The translations under genes were made by a program, and so were the position numbers. Of a stretch of DNA of 64,000 nucleotides, positions 39,325-48,861 are shown piece after piece. How positions within the stretch are numbered: position 1 is the first letter of the stretch; the number at the start of each line of letters is the position of its first letter. The stretch comes from an uncultured Phycisphaerales bacterium (GTDB lineage Bacteria > Planctomycetota > Phycisphaerae > Sedimentisphaerales > Anaerobacaceae), in contig OY970359.1 of the NCBI GenBank assembly GCA_963718665.1, positions 288,001-352,000 of the forward strand. Direction: 5' to 3'. The notes beneath the pieces were generated by a model. It did not search any database. It was not told the origin of the DNA and saw only the letters and a list, made by a program, of their open reading frames with translations.

Positions 39325-41145
39325 ATGGGCGGCAATAACAAACCGAAAGAAAATCAAATTTACGCGCCACTAACTCTGAATATTCAAGAAGAGCTGGAAG
39401 ATGCCCTTGGTATTTTTGATTCACTTGGCACGGTATTTAGCTCGGATTCACAGAAGCTGCTCGAGCTCAAAGAGCGTATTAACGAAGGCCGATTCCATCT
39501 TGCGGTTTTAGGGCAATTTAAACGAGGCAAAAGCACCTTTCTCAACGCATTACTCGGGGAGACGCTACTGCCGACTTCTGTCGTGCCCCTGACGATGATT
39601 CCAACCTTTATTAAATCGGGCCCGGTCAGACGAGCCATAATTTATTACCAAGACCAAAATAAAAAAACCAATGAGATACAAGCGGATGAGCCGGAACAAT
39701 TGAATGTGTTTCTGCGAAAATTTGTAACGGAAGTTGAGAATCCAAAGAATCGTCTCGGCATATCGCAAGTCGAAGTTTTTCATCCTGCCTCTATTCTTCA
39801 GAACGGCGTAGTTATGATAGATACCCCCGGTATCGGTTCAACTTTGAAGCATAACACGGAGGCGACGCTCAATTTCCTTCCTCAGTGCGACGCTGCATTA
39901 TTTCTCGTTTCAGCCGACCCGCCCATAACTGATACGGAAGTGAAATTTCTTAAAGAAGTGAGGTCTAAAGTCCCGCGGCTGTTCTTTGTTTTAAACAAGA
40001 TTGATTACCTGTCCGGTGAAGATAAGGATAAGGCACTGGAATTCTTCAGGAAAGTTTTGGCAGAACAAGCCGAAATCGACTCTGATTCGCCTGTATTCTG
40101 TGTTTCTGCACAAAAGGGGCTTGAGGCAAAAGGAATGAAAGATTCCCTTGGGTGGGCAAAAAGCGGGATGGAAACAGCAGAAAAATACTTGGTTGGATTC
40201 CTGGCAAGCAAAAAAATAGAGGCACTGAATGAAGCGGTTGCCCTGAAAACCAATGATATCGTTACCGATTGCCTTATGAGAGTGAATCTCACAATCAATT
40301 CGCTCAAAATGCCGCTGGTAGATATGGAAAGGAAAATGGCCGTTTTCGAGGCCAAACTTAAGGAGTCACAAAACGAACGAATCGCTTTTGGCGACATCCT
40401 GACAGGGGAAAGAAAACGGATGGTCGAATCGCTTTATGATTATGCACAAACGCTTAAGAAAAAGGCCCGGTTGTATCTTGATAGCGTTGCCGTGGAACAC
40501 GCAACCAAGGGAGAGAAATCTCTGGATGAAGACACTGCTCAGGAGGCATTGGATGAGACAATCCCCGGATTCTGTGAGCATGAGGCCGGCCAAATGAGGA
40601 GGATATTTGACCAGCGAGCCACTGATTTATTAAAGAAGCACCAGAAGAAGGTAAATATTCTTGCTGAGTCCATCCGCAAAACGGCGGCCCAACTTTTCGA
40701 TATTTCGTATCAGCCGCTCCAACATCCTGCCGTTATGCCATCAATGCGGGACCTTTACTGGATTACTCAAAAGTGGGACACATCTTTTTTACCCATTCCA
40801 TTCGGTCTGCTGGAAAAAATTTTACCTAAGCGTATTCGTGAAGCAAGGGTTCATAAAAGGATAAAATCGCAGATTGACGACCTGGCAAATTACAACGTGG
40901 GCAAAATGCGGTTAGAGGTGCAGGAAAATATCGAAAACGCTTATGCTGCTTTCGCCAGAAATCTGGATTCATCTATGCAGGAGATTATTTCTTCGATTCA
41001 TATCGCCCTAAAAACAGCATTTACAAGAAAAAAAGACCAGTCCGAAACGATTGCAGATGAGATGCGAGAGTTAGAGTCGGCAGCTATGAAATTGGCTGAT
41101 ATCAAGAATAAACTTGTTCGGGATAGTGTCTATGCAAAACAATGA
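39325..41145 (+). CDS. Bacterial dynamin-like GTPase
   Basis: G1 GQFKRGKS, G2 PLT, G3 DTPG, G4 NKID, long helical stalk. Confidence 0.9.
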   Translation: MGGNNKPKENQIYAPLTLNIQEELEDALGIFDSLGTVFSSDSQKLLELKERINEGRFHLAVLGQFKRGKSTFLNALLGETLLPTSVVPLTMIPTFIKSGPVRRAIIYYQDQNKKTNEIQADEPEQLNVFLRKFVTEVENPKNRLGISQVEVFHPASILQNGVVMIDTPGIGSTLKHNTEATLNFLPQCDAALFLVSADPPITDTEVKFLKEVRSKVPRLFFVLNKIDYLSGEDKDKALEFFRKVLAEQAEIDSDSPVFCVSAQKGLEAKGMKDSLGWAKSGMETAEKYLVGFLASKKIEALNEAVALKTNDIVTDCLMRVNLTINSLKMPLVDMERKMAVFEAKLKESQNERIAFGDILTGERKRMVESLYDYAQTLKKKARLYLDSVAVEHATKGEKSLDEDTAQEALDETIPGFCEHEAGQMRRIFDQRATDLLKKHQKKVNILAESIRKTAAQLFDISYQPLQHPAVMPSMRDLYWITQKWDTSFLPIPFGLLEKILPKRIREARVHKRIKSQIDDLANYNVGKMRLEVQENIENAYAAFARNLDSSMQEIISSIHIALKTAFTRKKDQSETIADEMRELESAAMKLADIKNKLVRDSVYAKQ

Positions 41146-41178
41146 ATTAAAAACTGAAAGGACTTTTAGGAAAATATT

Positions 41179-42453
41179 ATGAACAATCAAATTACATCGG
41201 TCAAAGCAATGGAAATTCTTGATTCTCGCGGGAATCCAACTATTCGCGTATTTTGCACGCTTAAAAACGGCATTACCGCCAAAGCGTCGGTTCCATCGGG
41301 CGCATCTACGGGAGAAAACGAAGCCGTCGAGCTACGCGACGGTGACAAAAAACGTTATGGCGGTAAAGGAGTGTTGAAGGCCGTTGAAAACGTAAATAAG
41401 CTCATAGCTCCCCAAGTAATCGGATTATACCCCGAAAACCAGGCCCGAATAGACGAGATTATGATTAAGTTGGACAGAACCCCCAACAAAAACAAACTCG
41501 GCGCAAACGCGATACTTGGGGTTTCAATGGCGGTCGCCCGCGCAGCGGCAAAAGCGGCAAATCGGCCTTTGTATGCTTATCTGGGAGAGCCATCAGCCGT
41601 GCGCCTGCCGATACCAATGATGAATATTCTCAACGGCGGAAAACACGCGGACAACAGCGTTGACTTCCAGGAATTTATGGTTATGCCAATAGGTGCGCCA
41701 ACTTTTGCCGAGGCCTTACGCTACGGCGCGGAAACATTTCACGCTTTGAAATCAATTTTGAAAAAGAAGGGATATACAACAAGCGTCGGGGACGAGGGCG
41801 GCTTCGCCCCCAATCTCAAAAGCAATGATGAGGCCTGCGACGTTATCGTTTCAGCAATTGAAGCGGCCGGGTATAAACCGGGAAAAGACATAGCCATTGC
41901 GCTGGACCCGGCAGCCAGCTCGTTTTATGAAGATGGAAAATATAATCTGGCAAAATCGGGGCAGGGACAAAAAACCAGTTCTCAAATGACTCAACTTTAC
42001 AAAGCATGGATTGAGAAATATCCGATTGTTTCTATCGAGGACGGCCTTGCGGAAAATGACTGGAAAGGATTTCAGGAGCATACTTCCGTACTTGGCGGCA
42101 AGATTCAGATAGTTGGAGATGATATTTATGTTACCAACACCGAATTTATAAAACGAGGAATTGAAGAACATACAACCAATGCCGTTCTTATAAAACTCAA
42201 CCAGATCGGCACCGTGACTGAGACAATTGAGGCAATCGAATTATGTCGTAAGGCGAAGTGGGGTTATGTAATTTCACATCGTTCGGGCGAGACAGAAGAT
42301 ACCTTTATGGCTGATTTCGCTGTCGCAATGGGCGGCGGTCAAATCAAGACCGGTTCTGCCTGCCGAAGCGAACGAATTGCCAAGTACAACAGGTTGTTGG
42401 AAATCGAAGCCGAATTAGGTAAGGCGGCGGTGTTCAGTAATCCTTTGGCATAG
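41179..42453 (+). CDS. eno: Enolase
   Basis: [50 protein letters not shown]. Confidence 0.98.
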   Translation: MNNQITSVKAMEILDSRGNPTIRVFCTLKNGITAKASVPSGASTGENEAVELRDGDKKRYGGKGVLKAVENVNKLIAPQVIGLYPENQARIDEIMIKLDRTPNKNKLGANAILGVSMAVARAAAKAANRPLYAYLGEPSAVRLPIPMMNILNGGKHADNSVDFQEFMVMPIGAPTFAEALRYGAETFHALKSILKKKGYTTSVGDEGGFAPNLKSNDEACDVIVSAIEAAGYKPGKDIAIALDPAASSFYEDGKYNLAKSGQGQKTSSQMTQLYKAWIEKYPIVSIEDGLAENDWKGFQEHTSVLGGKIQIVGDDIYVTNTEFIKRGIEEHTTNAVLIKLNQIGTVTETIEAIELCRKAKWGYVISHRSGETEDTFMADFAVAMGGGQIKTGSACRSERIAKYNRLLEIEAELGKAAVFSNPLA

Positions 42454-42472
42454 CGTTGAAAATGATTTGATA

Positions 42473-42685
42473 ATGGGATTAACAAAGGCCTTATTCTGTA
42501 TAGCAGCCATCTTAAGCGCTTTGGCGGCGATTATGGCCTTTCTAATTATTTATGGAGAATACGCGCATCATTATCCTGACAAGCGAAAAGTATTGAAAAC
42601 AGCTCTTGAGGCAGGCATTTTTACTCTTCTTTTCTTTTTTGCTTTGGGGTTGTTGTTGGCAATATTTTTGCCGTTGTATTTTTAG
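42473..42685 (+). CDS. Small 2-TM membrane protein
   Basis: Two hydrophobic helices flanking YGEYAHHYPDK; tight operon spacing. Confidence 0.7.
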   Translation: MGLTKALFCIAAILSALAAIMAFLIIYGEYAHHYPDKRKVLKTALEAGIFTLLFFFALGLLLAIFLPLYF

Positions 42686-42690
42686 AAAAG

Positions 42691-43371
42691 ATGGAAGAAA
42701 CAAAAGACACTCGCATAAGAATTATCGAGGCGTTTTCTTCGAATGGATGCCCTTTGTGCGATATGTTGCGCCGGGATGAGCTTGATAGTTTGTATCAATG
42801 GGTGGGGCAGAGCAATAATAATGCCAAAAACTCTGAGCAAATAAAACGACTTTTAGACGCAGGCGGATTCTGCAACTATCACTTTTGGCAATTCCAGGAA
42901 ATGAGTTCTCATTATGGTAGCGCAAACATAGGCGCTCAATTAATCGAAAAACTATTAGAAATCTTAAGAGCGGATAAACAAAAATGTTTTGTCGATGCGA
43001 GTAAAAATGGAGAGAATCATTTGAAGATTTGGTTAATCGAGTGTCCTCTATGCTGCGAGTTGAGCAAAAAAAAAAGAGAGTATCTTAAGGAGCTATCGGT
43101 TGTTTTGACGGACAATAAGCATAAGACAGAGTACGAACAGAACTGTGGCCTATGCATACCGCATCTTATGAAAATTACAGGTTATGTTGATAACGATTCG
43201 CTCCTGGATATCCTATATGAAACAGAAATATATCAATTAGAAAAAATTAAAAGCGATGCCTCCGGTTTCGTCAGTAAAAGGTATCCGCCTCAACGTTGGA
43301 AACAGACCGAAGACGAAAAGAAGTCATGGTTTCGAGCCATTGAAAAGATAGCAGGCAGACGTGGTGCTTAG
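42691..43371 (+). CDS. Cys/His metal-binding protein with duplicated motif (DUF6062-like)
   Basis: CPLC...GFCNYH and CPLC...GLCIPH. Confidence 0.7.
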   Translation: MEETKDTRIRIIEAFSSNGCPLCDMLRRDELDSLYQWVGQSNNNAKNSEQIKRLLDAGGFCNYHFWQFQEMSSHYGSANIGAQLIEKLLEILRADKQKCFVDASKNGENHLKIWLIECPLCCELSKKKREYLKELSVVLTDNKHKTEYEQNCGLCIPHLMKITGYVDNDSLLDILYETEIYQLEKIKSDASGFVSKRYPPQRWKQTEDEKKSWFRAIEKIAGRRGA

Positions 43372-43386
43372 AGTGGAAATAGCATT

Positions 43387-43656
43387 ATGGTCTATAAAAA
43401 AGAGTGTCAGCGAGATAAGAACGAACGACGCGAAGACGCACTTCGACCAAGTCGTTATCTTGGTTATGACCACGATTCTCTGGGTATGCACTTGGTTTCG
43501 CGAGAGGCCTACAAAATTGCTGTCCATTGTTTCAGACGAGCTATCTGGCTAAACCCCTTTGAGCCGGTGTTCAAAAAACATTTAGCGCTGTGCCTGTATA
43601 AACTTGAACGAAACACCGAAGCGATTAAGCGGCCTGATAACAAAAAGGACAGGTAG
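43387..43656 (+). CDS. Small TPR protein
   Basis: DSLGMHL...YKIAVHCFRRAIWLNP...KHLALCLYKL...EA. Confidence 0.7.
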   Translation: MVYKKECQRDKNERREDALRPSRYLGYDHDSLGMHLVSREAYKIAVHCFRRAIWLNPFEPVFKKHLALCLYKLERNTEAIKRPDNKKDR

Positions 43657-43665
43657 GCACTCAAA

Positions 43666-43719
43666 GTAGAGGTCATCAGCTTAATCAATCGCTAAGCAGT
43701 TCAGGCGAACCTCATCGCC
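43666..43719 (-). ncRNA. Fluoride riboswitch #3, antisense to the operon 3' end
   Basis: Minus strand GGCGATGAGGTTCGCC-TGAACTGCTTAG...TTAAGCTGATGACCTCTAC; first 16 nt identical to #1. Confidence 0.85.
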
Positions 43720-43879
43720 TTTATCGATATGAACGGAATTTTATGTTTTCCCTGACGTTATAATTCAGAACGCACATTAGAAAAGCCCCATCCTCGCCCA
43801 CGGCAATCACACGTTCATGGTTGCGGAATGCGAGCAGGCCGAAATGAAACGGCACAAAGTGCATATAATCCGGAAATAG

Positions 43880-46162
43880 TTAATGTATCTTGTCGCTTTC
43901 GCGACTAAGCAGATAACGCCAAAGGGGAAACTCTGTATATGGGTAGTTGTCAGTAATAATTGATGTGGTTTCCGTAAGGTCATCCATACTTTTTCCATCC
44001 CGCATATAAAAAAGATTAAGCAGTTGCTCGCTTGTTATGCAGACCTTATCAATTTCACTCAAATCGTTTACAAGCTGAGGGTTTGTAAAGGCGTGCTCTA
44101 TCTTTGACCGGTCAACATTTGTCGGGGCAGAAGTGCCGAGCAGGTAAAAGCCCCGGTTGTGCGGGCCTTTCCAGAGGGTCATGTTCTTGAAAACGGAATA
44201 GAAAGTTTTACATATATACATACTATCCTGCTGGTTGCCCCCCAGGAACCACAGGCACATAACGCCGCCCGGCGTCAGGTGCTCCCTACACAGCGTAAAA
44301 AATTCCCGGGTATAAAGATTTACCGTGCCGGCATTGTAAACGGGAGGCGAAGGGTCAACAATAATTACGTCGTATTTGTCGGGACTCAGCAGCAAGAAGT
44401 TACGACCATCGTTGGCAATGAAACGGACATTCGGACGGCTTATAACTTTTTGTGCGTCGCTGTGATAATAGCCGAAATATTTATAAACCTCAGGCACAAG
44501 CTCAACACATGTAATATTCAAATCATCATAAATACACGCGGACCTCATGGTAGTCCCCATCCCGAAGCATATCATGAGCATTTCTTTCGGTTTATCAGCC
44601 AGCATAACCGGAAGATGTGCCATAAGTTTTGTCTCCGTGCACAAAAGGGTCTGCCCACAGCCGTTAATCCAGAGTTGCTTGATGCCGTCTCTGACAAAGC
44701 TGGTTACGGTTCCTTCCACGGTCTCCCGGTTGCGATATATCTCATAGTGGTTTGCGCCTTGTGCAATTCTGCTTTCAATGACGGCCAGAAACGGGTCTCT
44801 GCCTTTAAATCCAAGTGCAAGCAATATAACAATCGGAACTATTAGCAGAAACCTCAGTTTGTAACCCTTCGACGTGCGAGGTTCGAGCCACAAAAGAACC
44901 AATCCGAGCATGATATTTACGAAACCCAGTATAATTACGGTTTTGCTGGAGCCCAGCAGACTGATGAAAAGGAAGCCCGTAAAAAGAGAGCCGGTAACAT
45001 TGCCCACCGCATTAAATGTATACAGGATACCCACGGAAGTGCCAGCAAGGTTCGTGCTTTTGGCATAGCATAATGAGGCAATAGGAAATATGGCGCCAAA
45101 AAGAAGAGTAAGCGGCAGCACCAACACAACCGGCGAAAGCACCCTCGTTAAAAGATTGGTATCCAACGGACCGAAAAGATAAAGGTTGAAAATCGACAAA
45201 GCACCGATGGCCAACTCCAGGATTCCAAAAATTAACAGTGGAGTCCTGAGACGGTCCACATACCTGTTCACAAACATACTGCCAATCGCCACTCCTACAA
45301 GGAATATTGCCAACATACCGGAAAACGCGTATATCGAGGTCTGCAGAAACAGAATTAGCTGTCGCGTCCATACCACCTCATAGGCCAGTGCCGTAAATCC
45401 GCTTATCATAAACGCGATGAGCACCATTTTTCGCACCGTGTCCGAGTACATCGAAATGCGGTTGCCCACAGCATTGACAGCTACGTCGCGCGTGACGCCG
45501 GTTTGTCCGGTGAATCGTAATTGCCTGCGGTAAATAACAAATGTTATGAAACCGACCACAAGGTTTATTAACGCCCCAATGAATATGGTATTCCACTCGC
45601 CGATTGCGCCGATGGTAATGAAACCGCTCAGGAGAACACCCAAAACAGCTCCTAACGTATTCAATCCATACAACAAGCTGAAGTTCTTTCCGAACATCCC
45701 GCCTTGCCTGACAAGGTAGCTGGTCAAAGCAGGAAGTGTGCCGCCCATCAGCACCGTAGGAACCAGCAGCGAGAGAAAGGACACAACCACTTTTGACAAT
45801 GAAATCGCGGCGGCGCTTTGATGAGTGATTATAGAAACGAATTTGTAAACATCAACCGAGCCAATCAGGATGAAGGGTGTGACAATGGCAAAAACTGCGA
45901 GCCATATCTGCAACAGAGCAAAAATTTTCAACTGGTCATTGCGTTTATCAACAAGCCGGCCGAATATAAAGCTGCCCAGGGCCAACCCAGCCATAAAGGC
46001 GGCCAATGTTACGGCTGTGGCATAAGCGGTTACGCCAATTGTTCTTGAAAGGATTCTAAGATAGACAACCTCATAGATAAGGCCGCTGATTCCTGACGCG
46101 AAAAACAACAAAAAAACAATCTTTTGTGATACCGCCTGTCTGCTTGTTTTCACTTCTCCCAT
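43880..46162 (-). CDS. Fused MFS-like membrane domain / spermidine-synthase-like protein
   Basis: SGISGLIYEVVY...AFMAGLALGS, LYGLNTLGA; ICFGMGTT, VELVPEV, NDGRNFL, YDVIIVDP. Confidence 0.88.
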   Translation of the reverse strand: MGEVKTSRQAVSQKIVFLLFFASGISGLIYEVVYLRILSRTIGVTAYATAVTLAAFMAGLALGSFIFGRLVDKRNDQLKIFALLQIWLAVFAIVTPFILIGSVDVYKFVSIITHQSAAAISLSKVVVSFLSLLVPTVLMGGTLPALTSYLVRQGGMFGKNFSLLYGLNTLGAVLGVLLSGFITIGAIGEWNTIFIGALINLVVGFITFVIYRRQLRFTGQTGVTRDVAVNAVGNRISMYSDTVRKMVLIAFMISGFTALAYEVVWTRQLILFLQTSIYAFSGMLAIFLVGVAIGSMFVNRYVDRLRTPLLIFGILELAIGALSIFNLYLFGPLDTNLLTRVLSPVVLVLPLTLLFGAIFPIASLCYAKSTNLAGTSVGILYTFNAVGNVTGSLFTGFLFISLLGSSKTVIILGFVNIMLGLVLLWLEPRTSKGYKLRFLLIVPIVILLALGFKGRDPFLAVIESRIAQGANHYEIYRNRETVEGTVTSFVRDGIKQLWINGCGQTLLCTETKLMAHLPVMLADKPKEMLMICFGMGTTMRSACIYDDLNITCVELVPEVYKYFGYYHSDAQKVISRPNVRFIANDGRNFLLLSPDKYDVIIVDPSPPVYNAGTVNLYTREFFTLCREHLTPGGVMCLWFLGGNQQDSMYICKTFYSVFKNMTLWKGPHNRGFYLLGTSAPTNVDRSKIEHAFTNPQLVNDLSEIDKVCITSEQLLNLFYMRDGKSMDDLTETTSIITDNYPYTEFPLWRYLLSRESDKIH

Positions 46163-46225
46163 TTTCTCCTTTTTGCCCGGATTGGAGCAATAGACCTACC
46201 CTGGATAGATAATGCGTCGAAAGAC

Positions 46226-46296
46226 CTGGGGTACTAGGATTCGGACCTAGACTAACTGATCCAGAGTCAGTTGTGCTACCATTACACTATACCCCA
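46226..46296 (-). tRNA. tRNA-Gln(CTG)
   Basis: TGGGGTA/TACCCCA acceptor; ACTGA-CTCTGGA-TCAGT; T-loop TCCGAAT (atypical). Confidence 0.9.
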
Positions 46297-46342
46297 ATAA
46301 AAGTATTGACCGCAGGTGCACATCTAATTTACACTGATTGTT

Positions 46343-46972
46343 ATGGATTTGCAACTATATTCAAGCGACGTAAAAAACGCGACGGACATCTTGAAGGACA
46401 TCCTGCTGTCATTCATACCGTTGTTCGTGGCAGTCGATGCAATCGGAGTGCTGCCGATATTTGTTTCGCTGACGGACGGCCTTGACAAACAGCAAAAAAA
46501 CAAAATCATAGTCCAGTCGATGGTAACTGCTTTTTTGCTGGCGGTCGGCTTTATCCTCATCGGCAAACTGGTATTTAAACTGCTCGGTATTACCATCGGG
46601 GATTTTATGGTCGCAGGCGGCGCGCTGCTTTTCTGCATAGCAATAATAGACCTTGTGAGTCATACCAAAGAAAGGCATATACCTGTCAAAGACCTCGGGG
46701 CTGTACCGATAGGTACCCCGTTGATTGTTGGGCCGGCGGTTCTGGCAACCTCGCTTTTAATAATCTCCGAATACGGTCTTCTGCCAACTGTCATCGCGGT
46801 GATTGGGAACATTCTTTTCGCGGGTCTAATATTTAGCGGCTCATACTGGCTAATAAAAGGTCTTGGCGAAGCTGGAACGAAGGCATTATCAAAGATAATG
46901 AGCTTGCTTTTGGCGGCGATTGCAGTGATGCTGATGAGAAAGGGCATCCTGCTGTTTGTTGGTCATGCCTAA
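46343..46972 (+). CDS. MarC-family membrane protein
   Basis: FIPLFVAVDAIGVLPIF, VAGG, AVPIGTPLIVGPA, KIMSLLLAAIAV. Confidence 0.9.
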   Translation: MDLQLYSSDVKNATDILKDILLSFIPLFVAVDAIGVLPIFVSLTDGLDKQQKNKIIVQSMVTAFLLAVGFILIGKLVFKLLGITIGDFMVAGGALLFCIAIIDLVSHTKERHIPVKDLGAVPIGTPLIVGPAVLATSLLIISEYGLLPTVIAVIGNILFAGLIFSGSYWLIKGLGEAGTKALSKIMSLLLAAIAVMLMRKGILLFVGHA

Positions 46973-47074
46973 CGAACCATCAGGCATTGACGAACACATC
47001 GTGATTGAAGATGATATTGCCAACCCATCCTTCGCCCCTTAGGGGCTACGGAGGAGGGGCCGGAGACAGATACT

Positions 47075-47722
47075 ATGGCGATTTCAAAAACAGGACAATC
47101 GTGGGAATTCAGCAACTGTCTGTTAATTATTGCCCATCCCGATGATGAAACGCTGTGGGCAGGAGGACTGATGCTGCTGCACCCGCAGACACGCTGGACG
47201 GTAATTACGCTTTGCCGAAAAAGCGATCCTGACCGCTCCGCCAAATTCAACCGTGTAATGGATTATCTTGGCGCAAAGGGGATTATGGGCGACCTCGACG
47301 ACGGCCCGGAACAAAAGCCCCTTGCTGAAAAGGAAATCAGGAAAACAATCTTGTCGCTGCTGCCTATGGGCAAATTTGACCTGATTCTTACGCACAGCCG
47401 ATGGGGCGAATACACACGGCATTTGAGACATGAGGAAGCATCAAGGGCGGTATTATCGTTGCACACAACAGGCGAGCTTCCGAGCAAATTGATATGGATG
47501 TTCGCGTATGAGGACGGGGGCGGCAAATACCTGCCAAAACCCAGCCGGGACGCTGATATACAGATTTGGCTGCCCGATCCTATCTGGCAGGAGAAATACG
47601 GAATTATTACGGAAATGTATGGTTTTGCAGCCGACAGCTTCGAGGCCAGCTGCTGCCCGAAACAGGAAGGGTTCTGGCAATTCGGCACAACTGTTACGCC
47701 CAATCGAGGAGAAAAAAAATGA
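47075..47722 (+). CDS. PIG-L/LmbE-family deacetylase
   Basis: IAHPDDETLWAGG, LTHSRWGEYTRHLRH. Confidence 0.85.
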   Translation: MAISKTGQSWEFSNCLLIIAHPDDETLWAGGLMLLHPQTRWTVITLCRKSDPDRSAKFNRVMDYLGAKGIMGDLDDGPEQKPLAEKEIRKTILSLLPMGKFDLILTHSRWGEYTRHLRHEEASRAVLSLHTTGELPSKLIWMFAYEDGGGKYLPKPSRDADIQIWLPDPIWQEKYGIITEMYGFAADSFEASCCPKQEGFWQFGTTVTPNRGEKK

Positions 47723-48860
47723 AGGTGCTGCTGCTTTATGATTATCCGCCTTCGCCAGCGGGCCTTGCAACACAGGGGCATTTGCTGCACCGGGGCCTGA
47801 CGGAGCTTGGCGTGGACGTGCATTCGGTGAATTTCGAATCGGCGCAGGAAAAGGAATGGTATTACCGCTGGTTCGAGCCGGATATTGTTGTGGGCGTGGG
47901 ATACTGGGGGCATACGCCTAACTTAGTGCTTCACCCGCAAAGGTATGGCGTTCAACCGGTGCCGTGGTTAGTCGCGGATGGCTATATGGGCGATTATCAC
48001 GAGATACTTGAAAAACTGCCGTTGATACTTGTTACAAGCAAATGGGTAAAAAGCGTTTATGTTCGAGACGGCCTGAGCGGCAAGAATATCGAGGTGCTGC
48101 CCGTCGGCTGCGATACCGATGCCTTCATACCACGAGACAAAAATGACCCCAAGGTTGTGGCGGTTCGCGAATCGCTCGGCGTTGCGCCCGACCAGATAAT
48201 GATTATGACTGTGGGCGGCGACGCAACATCAAAAGGGCGCAGGAGGTTATGCAGGCGCTTGCTCTGATTGATACAAAGGCGCCTGACTGGAAATATGTCT
48301 GCAAGGTCTGGCCTCAGCCGAGAACTGAAAAGCAAAATTCAATCGATATGCAGTTGGCAACCGACCTGGGAATCGAAAAAAATGTTACCTATACGACGAA
48401 CGTTACGAGCCGGAATTTTATGCCTTATCTCCTGGCTGCCTGCGATATTTACGCGGCGCCATCCCGGCTCGAAGGATTCGGGATGATTCAGGTTGAGGCG
48501 GGCGCCTGCGGTAAACCCGTCATAGGCATAAAGGCAATGGGACTGCTTGATACTATCGTTGACGGCGAAACCGGCTTTCTGGCGGAGGTCTCAACCGAAA
48601 TCCGGCTAAGGGAAACGATTCTCAACGACGAATCAGGGCACAAAATAAGCCGCAAAGTGGTCTTCAAAGAACCGCGAATCGTCGATTACAGGGCCAGTGT
48701 GCACGATATCGCCAAATACCTGATGGAGCTTATGACCAACGCCGAATTACGAAAAAAAATGGGTAAGGCGGGCAGACAGCGGGTGGTCGAGAAATTCGAT
48801 TACCGCGTAGTCGCAAAAAAATTCGTCGAGATAATCTCAAAGCAGCTGGGAATTTCGTAA
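47719..48860 (+). pseudogene. GT4 glycosyltransferase split by a 1-nt frameshift at ~48235 (pseudogene, recoding or sequence error)
   Basis: MKVLLLYDYPP...GGDATSKG in one frame continues as AQEVMQAL...APSRLEGFGMIQVEAGACGKPV in the -1 frame. Confidence 0.8.
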
Positions 48861-48861
48861 C

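Noticed and set aside
42473..42685. Fluc/CrcB fluoride channel
   Set aside because: Only two TM helices and no GxxGxxTTFS motif
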